Origin: a virus
DNA length: 64,000 nt
Reading direction: 5' to 3' (one strand)
IMG/VR virus record: IMGVR_UViG_3300046002_008717
Span: 47,729-111,728 of that record
Positions within the stretch are counted from its first letter, which is position 1; each line of letters opens with the position of its first letter. The position numbers and the translations under genes were made by a program. Below are positions 57,020 through 64,000 of this stretch, one piece after another. The notes beneath the pieces are model-generated. The model ran no database searches. It saw nothing but the letters and a program-made list of their open reading frames with translations, and was not told the DNA's origin.

Positions 57020-57040
57020 AAAAAAGATTTTGAGTAATAT

Positions 57041-58867
57041 ATGTCAACACTACCCCTAAATCCACAAGGCGGGTCTAATATAAGAGGAACTATAGAAAGA
57101 AGGTATCAGGGAGTAATGTCTGATTCAGTAGAACGCAATAGTAATCTAGGATCAGCAAATCCATATAAGGGTCCTACTGCTCGTACTCTTTTTTACGAAG
57201 CTGGAAAAAGAACACCTGGTAAATATGGACAATTCTTATTCTATTCTTTAGGTAATAATGATAATAATTTTATAGATTCTTATTATAAATCAGAGAACTC
57301 CGCATATAATAGATCTATATCCTCACTAAAATCAAAAAATCCATCTGCTGGATTTTTGATAAGAGATACTGCTGATTCGGAAGCAGTTGATAAATCAAAT
57401 CAAGGAACTATAACTGGTGGGCTTAGTGGAAATTATGATAAGAACATAATAGGAGGAATAAGTGCTCCGTATTATTGGAAAGATTTTCTATATGCTAGAT
57501 ATTACGGTACTATACCTAATAACTATATGGTGACTCTTCGAAGATTTCCTACTCCTGTATTAGATAATTTAAGTGTGCCTGATGCTATAAAGAATAGTTC
57601 GGTTATGCAAAAGGAAGGTGCAGGAAGACCAGTAGCTCAGGCTATTACGTGGTTCGGAGGAAATACAGGTAATAAACTAAATGATTTGATATCATTTACT
57701 ACTGGATTATCATTTGAACAAAGAACACAAGAACAAACATTGACGCAAAATGCCTTTTCTAAAGGATTTTTTGAAGATCTTCCATATCAATGGATGAGCA
57801 AACTGGCAGAACTTGGTACGGGTTATGATCTTGGTGGTAGCTTTGCAACAATAGTAAATGGTATGGCCATAGCTTTTGATGATAAGAATACAACTATAGA
57901 AAATGTAAAATATCAAGGCCTTAGAGAATTAGCTAAAGATCCTACTAGAGGTGGGGTAATGAGCGAATATATATGGGTTCCTGTTGATACTATAAGTAAA
58001 ACGAATATAAGAACTGCTGGATTACCTTTTGAGTGGGGTCCATTATCCATAGTATGCGAATATGATCTAACATCAGTAGGGGAAGTTAATACTAAAGCAG
58101 CTATGCTAGATCTATTAGCAAGTTTATTATCGATCGGAACTAATTATGGTAATTTTCTGACACCAGATTTTAGATATAATTCGAATTATCCAGCTCTTGG
58201 ATTTCCCGGTGGAGATGCAGGATTGGAAGAATTTTATAGGGATCCTATAAGTTTTATGAAAACATACGGAGCTGAATTGACAGATATTGGTAAGAATGCG
58301 GTTGCCAGCGGTAACGGTGAAGGTGATAAAAATACGATAGGTGGTGTACTTAATATAGAAAAACCTGAAATGTATAAAGTATCGGATACTACCAAAATAG
58401 ATTATTCTAACGTTGAAAAAGGCGTGGGTGGTGTATTAAAAATGATGGCTACTACATCATTTCTAGAAAAATATCAAGCTCCTGCTAGCTTTTTAACAGG
58501 TGCACCGATAGGAGAATGGCATTTAACTATCGGTAATCCATGTAATCCCATAGCAATGATTGGTAATTTAATATGTAAAGGCGTAAAAATTGAATTTAAT
58601 GATATATTGGGACCGGATGATTTCCCAACTATGCTAAAGGCAACCTACACGCTGGAGCACGGAAGAGATAGAGAAAGAGGTGAAATAGAAAGTATCTTCA
58701 ATAGAGGTGACGGTAGATTATATCAATCAGCACAGCCTACATCAACATCACAACAATCTTATAGTGCACATATGGATACAGAAGGCCATAATGTACCAAC
58801 AACTGCAGCTGCAGGTTTAAGTAATACCGTATATAGCGAGGACGTAAATAATATGATAAAAAGATAA
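57041..58867 (+). CDS. Baseplate/tail-tube initiator-like protein (gp48/gp54-type)
   Basis: C-terminal WHLTIGNP.NPIAMIGNLIC..V.IEF...LGPDDFPT.LKATYTL tube-fold-like segment. Directly upstream of the gp53-like gene. Confidence 0.5.
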   Translation: MSTLPLNPQGGSNIRGTIERRYQGVMSDSVERNSNLGSANPYKGPTARTLFYEAGKRTPGKYGQFLFYSLGNNDNNFIDSYYKSENSAYNRSISSLKSKNPSAGFLIRDTADSEAVDKSNQGTITGGLSGNYDKNIIGGISAPYYWKDFLYARYYGTIPNNYMVTLRRFPTPVLDNLSVPDAIKNSSVMQKEGAGRPVAQAITWFGGNTGNKLNDLISFTTGLSFEQRTQEQTLTQNAFSKGFFEDLPYQWMSKLAELGTGYDLGGSFATIVNGMAIAFDDKNTTIENVKYQGLRELAKDPTRGGVMSEYIWVPVDTISKTNIRTAGLPFEWGPLSIVCEYDLTSVGEVNTKAAMLDLLASLLSIGTNYGNFLTPDFRYNSNYPALGFPGGDAGLEEFYRDPISFMKTYGAELTDIGKNAVASGNGEGDKNTIGGVLNIEKPEMYKVSDTTKIDYSNVEKGVGGVLKMMATTSFLEKYQAPASFLTGAPIGEWHLTIGNPCNPIAMIGNLICKGVKIEFNDILGPDDFPTMLKATYTLEHGRDRERGEIESIFNRGDGRLYQSAQPTSTSQQSYSAHMDTEGHNVPTTAAAGLSNTVYSEDVNNMIKR

Positions 58868-59451
58868 TGGGAGTTTTAATAATAGATACTATAAGCAAAA
58901 ATAAAAGTGTATTTAATCCTGATCCTGGATTAAGTTCTGCAAAATATGGTATATGGGATCTTACTAAATCTTCTGTATATTATTCATCTACACCTATATT
59001 TGATGATGTTTTTATAGTTACCGAATACTATCAAATGCGTCCTGATTTAATTGCTGCTATAAAATATGGGGATCATTCTAAAGTTGGATCTTTATTGAAA
59101 TATAATAATATTAGTAATCCTTTTGCTTTAATGGAAGGTACAGTATTAGCTATGCCCTCTTATAAATCAATAGAGGATCCATTTACGCAAAGAAAAAATA
59201 AAAACCAATCTAATCCAATCTCTAATACAAATAGTAACCCAAATGAAGTATTTAAGAAGACCCAGGAGCAGAAACAATTCAAAGTTAGTGACGGTAGAAA
59301 AAAATTCTTGGATTCTAAGATTAAGAATCATCCAGTTATGATATTATCTCCAAATATAACACAACCTAATGAAACTACCATACTTAAGAAAGATGGTTTT
59401 CTAATATTTGCACCCGATGCAGGTGGAGGAGGATTCAATAAACCAATTTAA
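58867..59451 (+). CDS. Baseplate wedge protein, gp53/LysM-like
   Basis: RPDLIA..KYGD.....LLKYNNISNPF.L.EG..L..P. Confidence 0.75.
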   Translation: MGVLIIDTISKNKSVFNPDPGLSSAKYGIWDLTKSSVYYSSTPIFDDVFIVTEYYQMRPDLIAAIKYGDHSKVGSLLKYNNISNPFALMEGTVLAMPSYKSIEDPFTQRKNKNQSNPISNTNSNPNEVFKKTQEQKQFKVSDGRKKFLDSKIKNHPVMILSPNITQPNETTILKKDGFLIFAPDAGGGGFNKPI

Positions 59452-59457
59452 TAAAAT

Positions 59458-61005
59458 ATGAATTCAGATACTACTAAAATTGCTTCTATAGCTCTTAATA
59501 ATATTAAGCTGGATGAAATGTTTCAGATTGATACATCAGGTGGATCTGATAGCCAAACAGCTAAAGAATGGATGGGTTCAACTGCTGAAAAAGCAACCGG
59601 TACAAATAGCCCATTTGTAACAATAAATGGCTATAATATAACCACATATATGTCAAATTTTAATTTGGAGCTTAGTGGTATTTTGCCTGTTGTTAGGTTT
59701 TCTTTTAATGCTGGTAATCCTGTTTTTATATCTAATAATTATCCTAAAGATGGTGATATAGTTTCTGTTTATATGAGATCCCCGGGGGATTATTATAAAC
59801 CATTTAGAATGGATTTTAAAATACTAAATGTATATAGTGATGTATCTAGTAAATATTCACCAGAGGGGGAAGATTCAATCGGTAAATATTTTAAATTTTC
59901 AATTGTCGCCGAATGCTTTATTCCTGGTTTATATTCTCCTAGAATAAAATCATTTCCAAAATTAACATCGATGGATGTTTTATTAGAGGTTTCCCAAAAT
60001 CTGAATCTTGGTTTTTCTACTAACGACAAATCAACTAATGATATCATGACATGGATATGTCCAAATTATTCATATTATGATTTTATACATGAAGTTGTAG
60101 CAAGATCATATAAAGATGATGAAAGTAGTTTTTTTGATGTATGGATAGATTCGTATTATAATTTAAATTTTATTAATATGGGATCACAATTTTCATACGA
60201 GGGAATAATAAAAGATAAGGTAGTTTATATACCAGGATATACTAACAGAGGACTAAATGTTGATATGAATATACCAGGAGCATCAACACCAGCTAGCGTA
60301 TCTGCAAATATTCTATTAACAAATAAAGGAGTACCTGGTGAAAGCCCATTTTTGATAAACGGATATACGCTAACATCCAGAGCAGGATCAAATAGCAATA
60401 GCATGGGTTATATAACAACCATTGGATTTTATGATGATGTTGCTGAAGTTGATCAGCCATATAGTAAATATATACAATATGACATAGAATCAATAACATC
60501 TGATAACGTGAAGCCTGGATCTATGCTACAAAAAGGAAGAGTTAGAAGTAATGATTATAAAGAAGAGACCAGGAAAGAATGGCTTGGTGTATTAAATCGG
60601 GATTCTAATGGTAATGGGGTTCATGAAAATTTTCTTCATGCCAAATATCAAAATCTAATAAACCAGAATGATACCACTAAGATGACATTGGAGGTTGAAT
60701 TAGAAAATTATTTTCCTGGAATAATAAGAGGTCAAATCGTACCAGTAGAAATATATGTTTTTGAGGGAGGAAATCGACAACAAAATGTTGGGAAAATACC
60801 AAATAAGGAACCAAATACAGGATTAAGCCCAACACTGGATTTATTTTTATCTGGTAATTATATTGTTATCGGGATTACTGTATACTGGGATCCATCTAGA
60901 GGTATAAAACAAAAACTAATATTATCTAAAAGAACGTGGGATGCTAATATATCTGGTGCTACACCAAGAGCATTTCCTATTTCTATAATTAATAGAAAGT
61001 ACTAA
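59458..61005 (+). CDS. Baseplate hub protein (gp27/VgrG-like)
   Basis: Position in the baseplate cluster; C-terminal GIIRGQIVPV...LSGNYIVIGI typical of hub proteins. Confidence 0.55.
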   Translation: MNSDTTKIASIALNNIKLDEMFQIDTSGGSDSQTAKEWMGSTAEKATGTNSPFVTINGYNITTYMSNFNLELSGILPVVRFSFNAGNPVFISNNYPKDGDIVSVYMRSPGDYYKPFRMDFKILNVYSDVSSKYSPEGEDSIGKYFKFSIVAECFIPGLYSPRIKSFPKLTSMDVLLEVSQNLNLGFSTNDKSTNDIMTWICPNYSYYDFIHEVVARSYKDDESSFFDVWIDSYYNLNFINMGSQFSYEGIIKDKVVYIPGYTNRGLNVDMNIPGASTPASVSANILLTNKGVPGESPFLINGYTLTSRAGSNSNSMGYITTIGFYDDVAEVDQPYSKYIQYDIESITSDNVKPGSMLQKGRVRSNDYKEETRKEWLGVLNRDSNGNGVHENFLHAKYQNLINQNDTTKMTLEVELENYFPGIIRGQIVPVEIYVFEGGNRQQNVGKIPNKEPNTGLSPTLDLFLSGNYIVIGITVYWDPSRGIKQKLILSKRTWDANISGATPRAFPISIINRKY

Positions 61006-61030
61006 GAATAATATAAAAATAATAAATTGT

Positions 61031-63355
61031 ATGTCATTAGGAGCAACAGATAAACAAAGAAGCTTATTTCTAAAAGGATTTAATCTTTCGAAACAAGGAA
61101 ATTATGAAGATCCAACATATTTGGGATTTAAAATAGTAGTGGATTTTGGTAGTTTACCTATCAATGCTGATGATGGATTACCTCCAAGCCCACTATTTAA
61201 AAAAGGCAGTTATTTTACCGATAAGAATACACTATTTGGTACAAACCCATTTGGACAGGAACAGTATTCACAAAAAAGCTCTGGTAATGATGGTGACGTA
61301 GCATATTATTCAGCTATTAGTTACTTAGAACAAAGAGAATTTGATTTTATAAATGGCGGAAAAAGGGCTGATGCTCTTAAACAATTTGGTATTACGTTTA
61401 GTGATTTGCTTACTAATTCTCCATGGTTTATACAATCAATAACAGGTCTTGATGAAATGATGAAAGTTCCTAGACCTGGATATCAATCACAGGGAGAAAA
61501 TGCATATACTGCTTTTAATCCCCAAAGAACAGCTGGAAAAGTATTAGAATTTACGACTCTTGAATCATTAAATTTAAGAATGACTGCACTTGCAGATCTA
61601 TATAATACTGCAACGTTTGATTATGATAATATGAGAGAATTACTTCCAAGAAATCTTAGAAAATTTACTATGTACATTTTTGTTTCTGAAATTAGAAATT
61701 TTTTCAAAACATCAAGATTAATAGGATCATCAACAGCATTAACTGCAATTGATGATTTATCTAGTTTATTAGGTTCTGGTAATAATCCAGGTAGTAATCT
61801 CGGAGTAATCGGAGAACAAAATACCGAATTTGGTAAGTCTAATTTCAGTCCATCCAGTGTGTTTAATTCTTTTGTTGGTAATGTTATAAATAAATCGGGA
61901 ATAGATAGTGATCTTTCATTTTTAAAAAATCAACAGGATACATCAGGTATAAAGCCTATGCTTGTATTCGAGTGTAGAAATTGCGAATTTGATTTTACTG
62001 AAAGTACACCATTAAAAGTATCGATAAGCAACGGGAGTTCTACAGCTGATCCGGAAGGACAAAAATTTAAAATTCACGTCGGTAAAGTTAGAATGAGAAA
62101 TCAGTATCCAAATATAAGAACTGATGGTAAACCATTGATAATCGGTGATGGATGGGATTCTGCTAGAACGTCGGTACAAAAGAATCCTATTAATAGCGAT
62201 GATATAATTTCATTGGGCGGTGAATTACTTACTAACTTTATAAGTAACTCTGTAAATGATCTAATAAATGAAGGTGTAGCTAGCTTTATCAAACCTAATG
62301 TAGCAGGAATTGATAAATTACTTATGGGTAATGTGTATAGTTTTAATCCAAGCGAACTAATGACTAATCTTTCGTATAATAGTGCTCAGAATTTCTTAAA
62401 TGGCCTTTCTGGTGTAGAAGCAGGATTTAAAAATACTACTTTGCCAAATCCGCAATCTATGGGATTAGGAGGGCCTGCTGAAAGGGTATATCCAGCACCT
62501 AAGGGTGATGTATATCCAACTAATCCTGGTAAAGATTTAGGATTGCCTGAAAGAGTATACAAAGCACCGATTGGTGATGTATATCCAACAAATCCAGGTA
62601 AAGATCTAGGTATACCTGAACGAATTTATAGTAAACCAGCAGGTGATGTATATCCAACTAATCCTGGACCTGATTTGGGAGTACCTGATAGAATATACCC
62701 AGCACCATCGGGTGATGTATATCCAACTAATCCTGGACCTGATTTAGGTGTTCCTAGTAGAGTATATCCAGTACCAGCAGGTGATGTATATCCAACCAAT
62801 CCTGGACCTGATTTGGGAGTACCTGATAGAATATACCCAGCACCATCGGGTGATGTATATCCAACTAATCCTGGACCTGATTTGGGAGTGCCTGATAGAA
62901 TATACTCAGTTCCAAGCGGTGATGTATATCCGACTAATCCTGGACCTGATTTAGGAGCACCCGAACGTATTTATAGAGGAATTAATGATAAAGCTTATGA
63001 TGATAAAACTATACAAAGAGGATCAATAGATTCAGAAAGCGTTTATACAAACGGTGATTTTAATCCATATCCAGTAAATATTGATAATAATTCTATGTAT
63101 ACTAAAGTTTCTAAAATATCTTCTGATGGTGAATTAAGGGATCCAAGTAATACATTCACTCAAAAACCTGAACCTGTATATAAGCCAGTAGAAAATACTA
63201 TAGATAATAGAGCAAGGAATATGGGAAGGATATATCCTACTACGATTGGTGATTTTATAGCTAAACCTCCAATAGATTTAGGAAACTTAAAACCTGATAC
63301 TAAGTATAATATAAGTACTGATGGATTTAATTCAGATAAAAATGATTTTGTATAA
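61031..63355 (+). CDS. Putative baseplate/tail-tube-junction protein with 23-aa Pro-rich repeats
   Basis: DPTYLGF, PWFIQSITGL, LESLNLR, LPRNLRKF.MYIFV.E.R; between the hub and spike genes. Confidence 0.55.
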   Translation: MSLGATDKQRSLFLKGFNLSKQGNYEDPTYLGFKIVVDFGSLPINADDGLPPSPLFKKGSYFTDKNTLFGTNPFGQEQYSQKSSGNDGDVAYYSAISYLEQREFDFINGGKRADALKQFGITFSDLLTNSPWFIQSITGLDEMMKVPRPGYQSQGENAYTAFNPQRTAGKVLEFTTLESLNLRMTALADLYNTATFDYDNMRELLPRNLRKFTMYIFVSEIRNFFKTSRLIGSSTALTAIDDLSSLLGSGNNPGSNLGVIGEQNTEFGKSNFSPSSVFNSFVGNVINKSGIDSDLSFLKNQQDTSGIKPMLVFECRNCEFDFTESTPLKVSISNGSSTADPEGQKFKIHVGKVRMRNQYPNIRTDGKPLIIGDGWDSARTSVQKNPINSDDIISLGGELLTNFISNSVNDLINEGVASFIKPNVAGIDKLLMGNVYSFNPSELMTNLSYNSAQNFLNGLSGVEAGFKNTTLPNPQSMGLGGPAERVYPAPKGDVYPTNPGKDLGLPERVYKAPIGDVYPTNPGKDLGIPERIYSKPAGDVYPTNPGPDLGVPDRIYPAPSGDVYPTNPGPDLGVPSRVYPVPAGDVYPTNPGPDLGVPDRIYPAPSGDVYPTNPGPDLGVPDRIYSVPSGDVYPTNPGPDLGAPERIYRGINDKAYDDKTIQRGSIDSESVYTNGDFNPYPVNIDNNSMYTKVSKISSDGELRDPSNTFTQKPEPVYKPVENTIDNRARNMGRIYPTTIGDFIAKPPIDLGNLKPDTKYNISTDGFNSDKNDFV
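62504..62975 (+). repeat. Seven 69-bp coding tandem repeats (GDVYPTNPGxDLGxPxRxYxxPx)
   Basis: GGTGATGTATATCC at 62504, 62573, 62642, 62711, 62780, 62849 and 62918. Confidence 0.95.
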
Positions 63356-63357
63356 TT

Positions 63358-64000
63358 ATGCCAAGTGAAAAAACATATTTAGGAAGGATAGTAGATATAA
63401 AAGATCCTCTTTATCAAGGTAGAGCTAAAATAAGTGTATTCGGTATATTTGATGATATACCAATTGAGGATCTACCATGGGCTGAACAGAATGCTGGACT
63501 TGCATTTGGTGCTAATCACGGGGGTGGAAATATATCTATTCCAAGATTAGATGCTGTTGTATCTGTTCATTTCGAGATAGAGAATTATTACAAAATTACA
63601 TTTGATTATCTTAAGGAAATATCGAATGATCTATTGGAAGAATTGAAATCCGAAAATTCCTATGAGGGTACGCAATCTCTGATATATGATGGGGAAGCTT
63701 TACCCGGATTATTAAAGATGCTATATACCAGAAAAAATGGATTAGTATTAAAATTAGGTGATGCTACTATACAATTAGATACACAAAATGGCGGAACCGA
63801 TAAGGAAAAACTTAGAATCGTTTTAAAAATGAACGGGGATGAGATTAGAATGGAAAAAAACGGGGGAAAACAAAAAGTTATAGTAAATTCATCAAACATA
63901 GAACTTGGTGAAGCGGCAATAGAAAAAATAATTAAAGGAAGTACATTCTTAAAATTGTATAATGCGCATACACATCCAACCGGAGTTGGCCCTTCGGGTA
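63358..64000 (+). CDS. Baseplate central spike (gp5/gpV-like OB-fold), partial
   Basis: MPSEKTYLGRIVDIKDPLYQGRAKISVFGIFDDIPIEDLPWAEQ...IPRLDAVVSVHF and C-terminal YNAHTHPTGVGPSG (HxH tip motif). Runs off the window. Confidence 0.8.
   Translation, partial: MPSEKTYLGRIVDIKDPLYQGRAKISVFGIFDDIPIEDLPWAEQNAGLAFGANHGGGNISIPRLDAVVSVHFEIENYYKITFDYLKEISNDLLEELKSENSYEGTQSLIYDGEALPGLLKMLYTRKNGLVLKLGDATIQLDTQNGGTDKEKLRIVLKMNGDEIRMEKNGGKQKVIVNSSNIELGEAAIEKIIKGSTFLKLYNAHTHPTGVGPSG

Noticed and set aside
62748-62954. Alternate-frame ORF inside the 69-bp repeats
   Set aside because: By-product of the repeat periodicity.
62504-62975. CRISPR-like array (69-bp period with constant and variable parts)
   Set aside because: It lies in frame inside a 774-aa ORF, variation is largely synonymous or conservative, the 'spacers' resemble each other, and no cas operon is present.
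1-64000. Stop-codon reassignment (TAG/TGA recoding seen in some large phages)
   Set aside because: Core genes are full length in code 11, and TAG (18310, 37837, 56688) and TGA (18800, 32291) end genes at sensible boundaries.

Overview
AT-rich 64-kb segment of a T4-related (myovirus-type) large or jumbo phage, almost entirely coded on the + strand in the standard genetic code. It contains the virion morphogenesis core: gp14-like neck, large terminase, sheath, TWO tandem tail-tube genes, gp26/gp51-like hub genes, gp4, TWO tandem intact portal genes, a gp21 protease fused to a 14-aa-repeat scaffold, the gp23 major capsid protein and gp53/gp27/gp5-like baseplate genes. These are interleaved with replication and nucleotide genes (DNA ligase, clamp loader, RNase H/5'-3' exonuclease, exonucleases, dCMP deaminase, kinases, Nudix, AsnB-like amidotransferase) and a minus-strand sugar-modification operon at the left end. 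TAnnTTTG promoter motifs and SD-less, A-rich leaders suggest a Bacteroidota host (inference). Main observations: (1) an apparent three-tier promoter cascade, from host-type TATATTTG to a phage ECF-like sigma, to GAAAC-N17-TAnaaT promoters including one upstream of the gp55-like sigma, to a GATATATA late motif found 12 times just upstream of gene starts; (2) repeated tandem paralog pairs of virion proteins, including two portals; (3) two candidate programmed frameshifts, an A10 -1 site extending a core protein and a +1 junction at the gp26/gp51-like pair; (4) a candidate structured ncRNA between the tube and hub genes; (5) a family of likely capsid-packaged proteins, including a nucleotidyltransferase whose late promoter is the loop of a perfect hairpin; (6) an apparently catalytically dead UvsE homolog. 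All functional calls come from motif recognition by eye; no database searches were run.
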